The notes beneath the pieces were generated by a model, which was given only the letters and a program-made list of their open reading frames with translations, did no database searches and was not told the origin of the DNA. A stretch of 64,000 nt of DNA, from positions 124,001-188,000 of the forward strand of contig NW_021832384.1 of assembly GCF_006345805.1 (NCBI RefSeq), read 5' to 3'. The translations under genes and the position numbers were made by a program. The stretch is from Octopus sinensis. Taxonomy: Eukaryota. Within the stretch, counting starts at the first letter, position 1. Each line of letters begins with the position of its first letter. Shown here one piece after another: positions 11,901 to 25,500 of the stretch.

Positions 11901-14900
11901 TGTAAAAAGCACCATCCGATTGTGGCCGTTGCCAGCCTCGCCTGGCCCCCATGCTGGTGGCACGTAAAAAGCACCATCTGATTGTGGCCGTTGCCAGCCT
12001 CACCTGGCCCCCATGCTGGTGGCATATAAAAAGCACCATCCGATTGTGGCCGTTGCCAGCCTCGCCTGGCCCTCGTGCTGGTGGCATATAAAAAGCACCA
12101 TCCGATCGTGGCCGTTTGCCAGCCTCGCCTGGCCCCCGTGCTGGTGGCACGTAAAAAGCACCATCTGATCGTGGCCGTTTGCCAGCCTCGTCTGACACCT
12201 GTGCCGGTGGCACGTAAAAAGCACCCACTACACTCACTGAGTGGTTGGCGTTAGGAAGGGCATCCAGCTGTAGAAACATTGCCAGATCAGACTGGGCCTG
12301 GTGCAGCCTCCTGGCTTCCCAGACCCCAGCTGAACCGTCCAACCCATGCTAGCATGGAAAGCGGACGCTAAACGAAGATGATGATGATAATGATGATGAT
12401 GATGAAAGGCTGAAAGGTAAAGTTGCCCTCAGGAGAATTTGAACTCAGAATTTAAAGCTGGAAGAACCACCGTTAAGCATTGTGTCTGGCATGCTAATGA
12501 TTTTGCCAGCCTGCCATCTAATTAATTTTTATTATTTTATAATAAAGCATATTTGAATGTTCTTAGATTTTGGGTCTTCTTTTTGTAGCAAGATGACGTG
12601 TTTACACTTCGCAGCCTGGGATAATTCCAAAGAATGGTCCGTTACTCTACCAGAGGAGGAAGAAATTTTGGTAAATAATCATATAATAATTTTCTGCTCT
12701 TACTCTCTTTACTTGTTTCAGTCATTTGACTGCGGCCATGCTGGAGCACCGCCTTTTAGTTGAGCAAATCGACCCCAGGACTTATTCTTTGTAAGCCTAG
12801 TACTTATATTCTATCGGTCTCTTTTGCCGAACTGCTATGTTACAGGGACGTAAACACACCAGCATCGGTTGTCAAGAGATGTTGGGGAGACAAACTCAGA
12901 CACACATATATACATATATACAACAGGCTTCTTTTTAGTTTCTGTCTACCAAATCCACTCACAAGGTTTTGGTCGGTCTGAGGCTATAGAAGAAGACACA
13001 ATGTCCAAGGTGCCACGCAGTGGGACTGAACCTGGAACCATGTGGTTCATAAGTAAGCTACTTACCATGCAGCCATTCCTACGCCTATGCTAATGTTAAT
13101 AATGATAAACCCTTTTGTTACCATATTTTTATTGAGATGCTCTGTGTTTCTTTCAATCATTTTAACTATAACTAAGAATTTAGTAAAATAACTTAGTTAT
13201 CATTAAGCTAGTGTTAAGAACATAAATTGTAACTAAGGTTTGGTGAAAGATTTTAATTCAGAAACAAGTAATTTGTACTTCAGAGCCAGAGCTGGTTTCA
13301 GCCAGGTTGGTAACAAAAGGGTTAATGCCATTTGTGTATATATGTGTGTGTGTATTTGTTAGTGTATTTTTGTATGTGTGTATCTTTTTCTTTTTTGTTA
13401 ATTATTTGAATTCTTAAGGCAGCAAGCTGGCAGAATCATTAGCTTGCCAGACAAAATTTTATTGGCATTTTATCCAGTTTTATATTCTGAGTTCAAATTT
13501 TGCTGAAGTCAATTTAGCCTTTCATCCTTTCAGGGTTGATAAAATAAGTACCGTAAATCCTCGAGTATAGTCCTCCCTTGAGTATAATACGCAGGGGATT
13601 TTCAGGGGGCTGTACCTCTGAAAAACCTAAACCTTGTGTATAATACGCATCCTTCTCTAACTTTAGGGCTTGTGCCTTTAAGGAAAAAGATTATTTGAAT
13701 TCTTCCTACACAAAAGGAATTGGTTACCAACAAAATAGTTCCATAGCTGGAATTTAGATAACAGAAACAGTGGAAAGATACATGTCGAACTTTTGGAAAG
13801 TCATGTATATTTTTACTGTTCCACTTACAAATTGTCTTTGCCGTGCGTTTCTTAGCTGGTTACTTTCTTTGAAAACTGCACCATATGTGTGTGCATGTAT
13901 GTATGCTTGCATGTACATGTGCATGTATGTATGTGTGTATGTTTGTATAGGTATGTGTGTAAGTGGTTGTGTGTGTTTCGGTATCTAGTTAGGTGTGTGT
14001 GTGTGTATGTATGTATGTATGTATGTATGTATGTATGTATATATATATATATATATTATATATATATATATATTATATATATATATATAATATAATATAA
14101 AAAAAGGAATCAAGAAGTGGACCGAAACGACGAATAAATAAATGCATACATACAAACATATATGTACGTACCTACATCTACATGTATATATACATGCATA
14201 TATAAATAATTATACGTGCCGTTTCTATGTCTTATTGTAATGTCCTGTACTCACGTATAATTATTTATATATGCATGTATATATACATGTAGATGTAGGT
14301 ACGTACATATATGTTTGTATGTATGCATATATTTTTATTTATCACCTCTATATATATATATTATATATATATATATATATATAAAACTAACAGAATGAGA
14401 TAAAATTCCAAGGTTGTGAAAGATTTCAGAACATTTATAAATAAGTCTTACACCTTTGGGTCTTCTTGACACCATTACCTCTCATAACCTATATATATAT
14501 GTGTGTGTGTGTATGTACAGGTAGGACTGTGTGTATGTATGTAAGTGTATATATGTCTTCAGGTGGGTGCATATATGCGTTTGCATGTAAGCATGTATAT
14601 ATGTTTTAACATGAAACCAATTTGTGTCCTTGACAGGCCGTAACTGCTGCTGAGACATGGGTTGCCATGGCGACCAGTGAACGACTTCTTCGACTCTTTA
14701 CCATGACGGGCATTCAGAAAGAAATCCTTACTCTTGCAGGACCTATTGTATGTCTGTCAGGCTTTAAAGACTTCTTGATGGTTGTCTACCATCGAGGCGG
14801 CGGTATGTATACCACAGACATTTGCTTGAGATGCTTTCTTTCTTTACTTCTGTCTGTCTCTCTCTATTTTCTCTCGTTTTTTGTTGTAATAGTTGTTGTG

Positions 14901-15313
14901 AAAATGATGGCGATCATGATGATGATGATGATGGTGATTATTATTGTTATTATCATTATTAGGGCAACAACCAAATTTGAAGTCATCATTATTATTATTC
15001 TGAGTTCAAATTCCGCCAAGGTCAACTTTGCCTTTCATCTTTTCGGAGTCAATGAAATAGGTACCAGTTACGCACTGGGGGTCGATGTAATTGATTAGCC
15101 CCCTATTCCCTCAAAAATTTCAAGGCCTTGTGCCTAGAGTAAAAATAATAATAATAATAATAATAATTATCAAACTGATTCTGCTGAGGTCCCTTTTGAG
15201 GATGATAAAATAAAGTACCAGTTGAGAACTGAGATTGATGCAATTGACTTTTCCCTACCCCTAAATTTCAGGCCTTGTGTCTAAATTAGAAAGGATTATT
15301 ATTATTATTATTA

Positions 15314-15369
<56 letters not shown>

Positions 15370-18300
15370 TATTGAGTGAGAGAGCAGCACATGCCATCAA
15401 AGTGAAATTAGGGTACAAATATACAAAGCCCAATATACCCATCATGACTACCCGTCTGATAAGGGTACACCAGGCATGTGCATCACAACGATATGTGCGC
15501 AGCATGGTGATCTCATATCAAGATAAACAATGCATAAACTTGCAGGTAGGGCTCAGTTAGAATTTTCTTCAGGTTGCATAGCCCAACCTACTCAAAAGGC
15601 CCCTGTATAAGGTTTGTTTAAGGATGATGAACGAAATACCAATGCTTCCAGAGGTGAATTATTCCAACCCCAAAGAATCCCTCTCAACACATGGCTATGA
15701 TGCTCCCCCACTACTTCTGCTCGTGATCAGAGATGCACATATCGTCAGCCACTAAGGGACATGCTCAACTGGTTAAGGTCAAACAACTGACAAGCAAATC
15801 TGTGGCTTTGAGCAGAATATTTGCTGTAGCCCATCTTTTATACTAAGACAAAGCAATATACATGGTAACACTTCCAATCTGTTAAGATCAGAAACCATGA
15901 GAGCCACTGCCTGGTACTGCATCACTGCATGCCAAGGTTGACTTTGGCTTTCATTATTTTGAGGTCAGTGAAATAACTACCAGTTACACACAGGGGTCGA
16001 TTTCATTGATTTGCCCACCCCTCCCCTCAAATTTCAGGCCTTGTGCCATAAGTAGAAAGAATTTGCCTTTCATCCTTTCAGGGTCAATAAATTAAGTACC
16101 AGTGAAACACTGGGGTCGATGTAATCGACTAATCCTCTCTCTTAAAATTTCAGGCCTTGTGCCATTAGTAGAAACGATTATTATTACTATTATTATTGTT
16201 ATTAAGGCGGCGAGCTGGCAGAAACGTTAGCACGCTGGGCGCAATGCTTAGCAATATTTCGTCTGCCGCTACGTTCTGAGTTCAAATTCTGCCGAGGTCG
16301 ACTTTGCCTTTCATCCTTTCGGGGTCGATTAAATATGTACCAGTTACGTACTGTGGTCGATGTAATCGATTTAGTCTCTTTGTCTGTCCTTGTTTGTCCC
16401 CTGTATGTTTAGCTGCTTGTGGGCAATAAAGAATTGATTATTATTATTGTTATTATTATTATTAGTATTATTATTGTTGATTTCAGGTCTTCCTGGTGAA
16501 CAGTGTTTGGGTATTGACCTTTATCAACTGACATCTAAGAAGAAATGCATTTTGAAGGATCTGCTTCCTCTTAGTCCCAAGGCTTTCCTTTGCTGGGCCG
16601 GGTAAGCATTGTTTTATGATAAACAACTCTAAGGCACCATCTGCATGTTAATTAACAGTTAGGTGGGACAAAACAGTTCTAGAAACATAAAAAAAGAAAA
16701 AGCTATTATCAAATATGTAGCGAAAAGATGCTATTATTTGATGGTTAATATATATGGGAGACAACTCAGTACGGTTTTCTCATTTTTTTGGAACTCTTTT
16801 GTGCAACTTGGTAATATTATTTTCCTTGTCCTGTATATTCTTTTATTCGTCTGTCTACATTCTGAGTTCAAATTCCGCCGAGGTCGACTTTACCTTTCAT
16901 CCTTTCGGGGTCGATAAATTAAGTACCATTTATGTCCTGGGGTCGATCTAATCGACAGCCCCAACCACTCCCTCAAAATTTCGGGCTTTGTACATAGAGT
17001 ACAAAAGATGCTTTTATTCTCTTACTTGTTTCAGTCATTTGACTGTGGCCATGCTGGAGCACCGCCTTGAAAGGTTTTAGTCGAACAGATTGACCCCAGG
17101 GCTTATTATTTTTATAAGCCTAGTAGTTACTTGTTCTGTTGGTCTGTTTTGCTGAACTGCTAAGCTATTGGGACATAAACACACCAACACCGGTTGTCAA
17201 ACGGTGATTAGGGTGGACAAACGTAGACACAAAGACACATACACACACATTTATGTATTTATATACGATGGGCTTCTTTCAGTTTCCATGTACCAAATCC
17301 ACTTACAAGGCTCTGGTCAGCCCGAGGCTATAGTAGAAGACACTTGACCAAAGTGCCATGCAGTGGGACTGAACCCGGCACCATGTGGTTGGGAAGCAAG
17401 CTTCTTACCACATAGCATCACCTACTCTACTTTCTCATTATTGAGCTTACCTGCCCACTTACTCTACCCAGTCCTCTGTACCACTTATAAACTTACCCCT
17501 GTAACTTGTGGGTATGCCCTGACACTTCTCTCTCTCTCTTTTGCTCCTCTCTTTTCTCAACTGGAGTAGCTATGTATCCCCTCTTCTGCGAGACACCTGT
17601 TTTTCTCCCTTTATTATATTCTAACCTTTTATCACCTGGCAAAAAGCCACTTCTGTCAATATTACAGCCAGAAGAACTTGGTTCAGTCTTCCAACTGGTC
17701 AGCTCCTGCCAAACTCTGACCCATACTCTTTTACTTGTTTCAGTCATTTGACTGTGGCCATGCTGGAGCACCGCCTTTAGTTGAGCAAATCGACCCCAGG
17801 ACTTACTATTTGTAAGCCTAGTACTTATTTTATCGATCTCTTGCTGAACTGCTAAGTTACCGGGAAACAAACACACCAGCATCAGTTGTCAAGCGATGTT
17901 GAGTAAACAAACACAGACACACACACACACGTTTATACGACGGGCTTCTTTCAGTTTCCGTCTATCAAATCCATTCACAAAGCTTTGGTCGGCCCGAGGC
18001 TATAGTAGAACACAATTCAAACCCAGGTTTGAAATTTCCTCAAGACACCTGATGGAGGCTGGAGAGTATATCAGACGAAACGTGTTAGCAACATACAAGA
18101 TGAGGACAAATATCCATCAATTGTAAATCATGTACATAATTCCTCATCTCTTAAATATAGAACTGTGAATGAATAAATATTACATTTGACTGAGTAACCT
18201 GAATATTAAAGGGTCAAATGAGTGAGGCAGTTTTATGCTATGGGTTTAATGGGAGTTAAAACATATGAGAAGGTCCTATTAGAGAACAGTTTTCTCACTA

Positions 18301-19502
18301 TAAGGAGCTACATGACTACTCACATTTTGGAAGGGAGTGTGAAAATGGTCAGGGTGGAACGGGAAAGAGATAAGATACTGGTGAAGGGTGTCAGGGTGGA
18401 GCCTCTTGGTTAGGTGTCAGAATAAAAACAATAAAACCATTGCTTAAATTTCTATTGTTGTTGTTGTTATTGTTCAACTGTCTTCCTTTGTTTCTGTAGG
18501 TTTTCTGCTGAAGGTACCCCATTCTATATGGATTCCAGTGGCATGCTGAACATGTTGAACCGGAAATTTGGTAACTCTTGGACACCAGCATGTGATACGA
18601 AGTCTTTTGTAAGTATATGAGATTATGGTACAGCTGAATAGGCGTCGAGCTGGCAGAATCGTTAGCACGCCGGGCGAAATCTTAGCGTATTTCTGAGTTC
18701 AAATTCTGCCGAGGTCAACTTCGCCTTTCATCCTTTTGGGGTTGATTAAATAAGTACCAGTTACACACTGGTAATTAATCGACTTAATCCATTTGTCCTT
18801 GTTTGTCCCCTTTGTGTGTAGCCCCTTGTGAGCAGTAAAGAAATAGGTACAGCTGAATGGTAGAGAAGCTGACTTTACAACCAACACTATGGACTTGGGT
18901 CCAGTCCCACTGAATGGAACCTTGAGCAAATGTCTCTTAAGCAAAATTTTGTATTGACCAAAGCTTTGTGAGTGAAATTTGATTGATTGAAATCGTGCTG
19001 AAGCCCGTGGTAAGGGTGTTGCAATCACAATTGCCAGATTGTGGTCTTGATTCTCAGACCAGTGATACATTGTATTGTTTTGCAAAACACTTCATTTCAT
19101 ATTGCTCCAGTCTACTCAGCTGAAAATATGTTATCCAGTGAGCAACTGGTATAGGGTTTAGGGAGAATGTTGGCCTGCCCACCTCACCAGCTGGATAGTA
19201 TAATTTGAAAGCTACAAAAATTTGAGAAAGCAAGCAGATTGTGATCAGCATAACATTCAATGCCTGGTTGATGTATATATATGTATATATATATAGAGAG
19301 AGAGGCAGGAGTGGCTGTGTGGTAAGTAGCTTGCTTATCAACCGGGTTTGTTCTCACTGTGTGGAACCTTGGGCAAGTGTCTTCTACTATAGCCTCAGGC
19401 TGACCAAAGCCTTGTGAGTGGATTTGGTATATGAAAACTGAAGGAAGCCTGTCGTATATATATATATGTGTGTGTGTGTGTATATATATATGTGTGTGTG
19501 TG

Positions 19503-19539
<37 letters not shown>

Positions 19540-22500
19540 ATTTGTATAATGTTTGTGTGTCTGTCCCCCCCAGCATCCCTTGACAACTGATGCTGGTGTG
19601 TTTAGTCCCCATAACTTAGCAGTTCGGCAAAAGAGACCGATAGAATAAGTACTAGGCTTAGAAAGAATAAGTCCTGGGGTTGATTTGCTCGACTAAAGGC
19701 GGTGCTCCAGCATGGCCGCAGTCAGATGACTGAAACAAATAAAAGAGAGAGTATATACACACATATATGTGTGTGTGTGTGTGTGTGTAGATACTGTGAC
19801 TGCCTCATAGAGCCAGTGACTAGTGACCAAGATCTTTGGTAATACACCATGCTTAAAAAGGCCTTTCAAGCCAAGTGAGATTATGGTTGTGGCTGAAACT
19901 GGTGTTTCTTTACTGACACCTGTGCCAGTTCCACGTAAAAGGCACCCACTACACTCTTGGAGTGGTTAGCATTAGGCAGGGCATCCAGCTGTAGAAACCA
20001 TGCCAAATCAGATTGGAACCTGGTGCAGCTTTCCAGATTACCAGTTCTCAGTCAAACCGTCCAACCCATACCAGCATGGAAAACAGACTTTAAATGATGA
20101 TGACGATGATATATATGCATGTGTATATATACTCTTTTTACTCTTTTACTTGTTTCAGTCATTTGACTGCGGCCATGCTGGAGCACCGCCTTTAGTCGAG
20201 CAAATCGACCCCGGGACTTATTCTTTGTAAGCCCAGTACTTATTCTATCGGTCTCTTTTGCCGAACCGCTAAGTGACGGGGACGTAAACACACCAGCATC
20301 GGTTGTCAAGCAATGCTAGGGGGACAAACACAGACACACAAACATATACACACACACTTACATATATATACACATATACGACAAGCTTCTTTCAGTTTCC
20401 GTCTACCAAATCCACTCACAAGGCATCGGTCGGCCCGGGGCTATAGCAGAAGACACTTACCCAAGATGCCACGCAGTGGGACTGAACCCGGAACCATGTG
20501 GTTGGTTAGCAAGCTACTTACCACACAGCCACTATACAAATTGAGATAGGGGTTGTAAATGCAACCCTACATGGGATAACATATATCCAATATACTGCTA
20601 GTGAAGTACCCAACAAAGTTAATACATAAATGTTAAGGATTGCGATGCAATCAATTCATTTACTGTATTATATGGGCAAAGGTAAAATGATTTACCACAA
20701 ATTACTAATACAAGATAAGAAAATGGAGAAATACATCTAAATTAATTATCAATTACCAGATAATACTCTATCACATACTTTATTAAACCACCACATAAGA
20801 GAATGTAGGGTTAAACATAAAAAAGCAGAACAAATCAGTGTACATAAAGGAATGTACATAAAAAAGTGTACATAAAAGAGTAATGTTGTATAATAAGTAG
20901 AATATATATAAAAAAGAGAATATAAATATAAGTAAATATAAATATAAGTATAGATTACATCTTACAGCTGTTTCGGCCATGTAGATAAGTATGTCTCATT
21001 TTACCAATATTAGCCTTTTATGGTAGGTCAATATATAGATATAAATGAGACATTTACAAAAATATCATAAGGCCTCCTTGGAGATATACATATACATATG
21101 AGTGCATATACTCACACTCCTATACATATAAAAATATACATATACATAATGATGTAAATAAATGATATAAATTAGTAAACATATATATGTTCCACGTCCA
21201 ATGTTTCAGTTTTTCAACTTAATATTGTGATGATAAACATACACATATTAGTACCTAGATGCAAATATACATAGTCAATAGTACATTATATTACTTCCTA
21301 CTAATTTCCAAAGTGTCATTAAAGTTAGCATCATTATCGTTGTCAATACCATTAATGCTACCATTATTATCATTCATAATATTATTAATAACGCTTATAT
21401 TAGGATCCAAAGTGGCACATATGTATGTCCGGGTTCCAGTTAGTAATTTTCTTTATGACATAAATTACACTATTGGATTTGAATTTAAATTATCATTGTC
21501 TTCATCACGGTTGGTCCGCTGAGAGTCGCCCGACCTCCACCACACCGCACAAGAAAAACATACACGTCCACATCCAATCCTAAACCCACACGTCCACACA
21601 AAAACTCACACACACATGCACACACACCGACACATCCCTACATATTCACTTGATTGCAGAGTGTATGTCTATCATCGTATGGCTTATAGACAAATCAGTA
21701 CAGGCAGCGGTGTCTATACACTAACATACACACTCACACGCACATCCGCATATACCCATAAATATTAATACACTCTTATATACTGTGTCAGGGAACATTC
21801 GCACACACATATATACATATTTAGATATATATCTGCGCACTCATACGTACAAATAAAACCTATACTTATATCCACCCATGAATAAATATTCGCATATACA
21901 TATATACATATCCAAATACGCACCTGTGTACTCATATGTATAAGAAAAACATACATCCATACATCCACCCACGAACATACCTATCATCATCATCATCATC
22001 ATCATCATTTAGCGTCCGTTCTCCATGCTAGCATGGGTTGGACGGTTCAACTGAGGTCTGTGAAGCTGGAAGGCTTCATCAGGCCCAGTCAGATCTGGCA
22101 GTGTTTCTACGGCTGGATGCCCTTCCTAACGCCAACCACTCCGTGAGTGTAGTGGGTGCTTTTTACGTGCCACCTGCACAGGTGCCAGACAGAGCTGGCA
22201 AACGGCCACGAACGGATGGTGCTTTTACGTGTCACCGGCACGGGGCCAGGCGAGGCTGGCAACGGACACGAACGGATGGTGCTTTTACGTGCCACCAACA
22301 CGGGGGCCAGACAGAGCTGGCAAACGGCCACGAACGGATGGTGCTTTTACGTGTCACCGGCACGGGGGCCAGGCGAGGCTGGCAACGGGCACGAACGGAT
22401 GGTGCTTTTACATGCCACCGACACGGGGGCCAGACAGGGCTGGCAAACGGATGGTGCTTTTACATGTCACCGGCACGGGGCCAGGCGAGGCTGGCAACGG

Positions 22501-25500
22501 ACACGAACGGATGGTGCTTTTACATGTCACCGACATGGGGGCCAGACAGGGCTGGCAAACGGCCACGAACGGATGGTGCTTTTACGTGTCACCGGCACGG
22601 GGGCCAGACAGAGCTGGGAAACGGCCACGAACGGATGGTGCTTTTACGTGTCACCGGCACGGGGGCCAGACAGAGCTGGCAAACGGCCACAAACGGATGG
22701 TACTTTTACGTGTCACCGGCACGGGGCCAGGCCAGGCTGGCAACGAACACGAACGGATGGTGCTTTTACGTGCCACCTACACGGGGGCCAGACAGGGCTG
22801 GCGAACGGCTACGAACGGATGGTACTTTTACGTGTCACCTGCACGGGGGCCCTGATGTTGATCGACCTCAATTTGGTTTGATCTTGATTTTGACTTCTCA
22901 CTGGTCTTGCCGGGTTTTCTCACGCACAGCATACCTCCAAAGGTCTCGGTCACTGGTCATTTCCTTGGTGAGACCTAAAGTTCGAAGGTCGTGCTTCACC
23001 GCCTCGACCCAGGTTTTCCTGGGTCTACCTCTTCCACAGGTCCCCTCAACTGCCAGGGTGTGGCACTTTCGCACACAACTATCTTCAGCCATTCTCATCA
23101 CATGACCATACCAGCGCATACGTCTCTCTTGCACACAACAACTGATACTTCTTAGGTTCAACTTTTCTCTCAAGGTACTTACACTCTGTCGATTATGAAC
23201 ACTGACGTTACACATCCATCGGAGCATACTAGCTTCATTTCTTGCGAGCTTACGCAAATCCTCAGCAGTCACAGCCCAAGTTTCACTACCATGCAGCATG
23301 GCTGTACGTACACATGCATCATACAGTCTGCCTTTTACTTTGAGCGAGAGGCCTTTTGTCACCAGCAGAGGTAAGAGCTCTCTAAACTTTGCCCAGGCTA
23401 TTCTTACTCTAGCAGTTATACTCTCAGCGCACCCGCCCCCGCTACTGACTTGGTCACCTAGGTAACGGAAACTATCAACTACTTCTAGCTTTTCTCCCTG
23501 GAAAGTGACGGAAGTTGGTCTCAGAGCATCTTCAGTGTTAATTGTTCCTGAGCATCTGCCACATACAAAAACCATCTTCCTAGTTAGCCTTCCTTTGACA
23601 TTGCTGCACCTCTTATGTGTCCATAGCTTACACTTGGTGCATCTTATAGAGTTTCTACCTACACCTTTTCTACAGATCGAGCAGGGCCATCTACCTGAAG
23701 GCGTTTGTGATTGGTCTACCTTCCTACTTATTAGGACTTTGGTTTTGGCTAGGTTGATTCTAAGGCCCTTCGATTCTAAACCTTGTTTCCATACCTGAAA
23801 CTTCTCCTCTAGTTCTGATAGAGACTCAGCAATTAGAGCAAGGTCATCAGCATAGAGGAGCTCCCAGGGGCATCCTGTCTTGAATTCCTCCGTTATTGCC
23901 TGGAGGACTATGATAAATAGGAGGGGACTGAGGACTGAACCTTGGTGGACCCCAACCTCTACTCTGAATTCTTCACTGTACTCGGTGCCAACCATCACCT
24001 TACTAGCAGCGTCTCTGTACATGGCTTGTACAGCTTTCACTAACCATTCATCTATCCCTAGTTTCCTCATTGACCACCAGATGAGGGATCGGGGGACCCT
24101 GTCGAAGGCTTTCTCCATATCAACAAAAGCCAGGTATAGGGGATTGTCTTTGGCTAGGTATTTCTCTTGCAGCTGTCTTACCATGAAAATAGCACGAACC
24201 CAAACTGCATCTGATCTAGGCTAACTCTCTCTCTAATTAGTTGGGCTATAACCCTCTCCGTAACCTTCATTACCTGATCCAGCAGCTTGATACCCCTGTA
24301 GTTATTTGTATCTAGGGCGTCACCTTTACCTTTGTAGCAGCTGACTATTATGCTGCTACACCAGTCATTGGGAATGACTCCTTCGTGTATCACCTGGTTA
24401 ACTATACGGGTGACTAGGCTATAGCCGACACTACCAGATATTTTGAGCATCTCTGCAGTAATTCCTGATGGGCCTGGGGCTTTCCCTGTTTTCATGCTTT
24501 TAATTGCCTTATCTACTAAGGAACTGTCAACTCGGATTGCTGGTCCCTCTGTTGGGTCAACATTCGGCAGACTCTCTTTATCCCATTCATTTTCCTCATT
24601 CAGCAACCTTTCATAGTGGCTTCTCCAAACCTCTCTCTTTGCATCCTCATTTAGCGCAAGTGAGCCGTCATCCGTGCGAACACATTTTTCTCCTACCACG
24701 TCACGATTCTCTCTCACACACTGTCTTGCTATACGAAATACCTCAAGTCTTTCATCCTCACGGCGCAGGACATTGGCAAATTTTTTCCTATCTGCTTCCC
24801 CTCTGGCTAAATAAACCTGCCTCCTAGCTTCCCTTCTTGCAGTCTGATACACTTCCCTGCTACCACCGTTCTTCCAGTCCTTCCAAGCCTGTTTCTTTTG
24901 TCTAATAGCCCTGTCAACGGTATTGTTCCACCACCACGTTATTTTGGGTCTTGTGGGGACTTTGCACCAGCCACAGATCTGGTCAGTGGCTTTCAGCAGG
25001 TTGTCCCTTAGAAGCGCCCAGTTATCTTCTACCCCATGTGTAGCTATGCCCCCTTCTATTTCGTCGAAGGCTTCAAGTAACATGTCTCTACAAAAACATA
25101 CATATGTACACATACACATTTTCACACACCTCGACACCTCAACCCACATCCACTAAATCATATATCCATGTATAGATAAATAGATAAATAAAATGGAATA
25201 CAAATTAAGAAGAGCACAAAGATAAACCTAATATAGTAAATATAAGTAGATACACCGAAATGCACCCACATGCACATACATATGCATGCACGCCCCCGCA
25301 CGGACACATTTTTGTTTATTTGGCACTTACTAACTTATAATTAATTTAATTTATAATTAATGAACTTATATCTAAATTAATAGTAACTTCTGTTTACTTT
25401 TGTGTATGGATATATACGTCTTTAGATGGGCAGACATATATTTTAATTTATGATTTAGTGGATGTGGGTTGAGGTGTCGAGGTGTGTGAAAATGTGTATG

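Noticed and set aside
11745-12230. Regularly spaced repeats (also 22150-22850) resembling a CRISPR array
   Set aside because: Units are contiguous near-copies without unique spacers, lie in an RTE 3' UTR, and no cas genes are present in this eukaryotic context.
22038-23105. Long ORFs 22038-23105, 22156-22881 and 11725-12342
   Set aside because: Antisense read-through of the GC-rich VNTR and RTE; no protein features.
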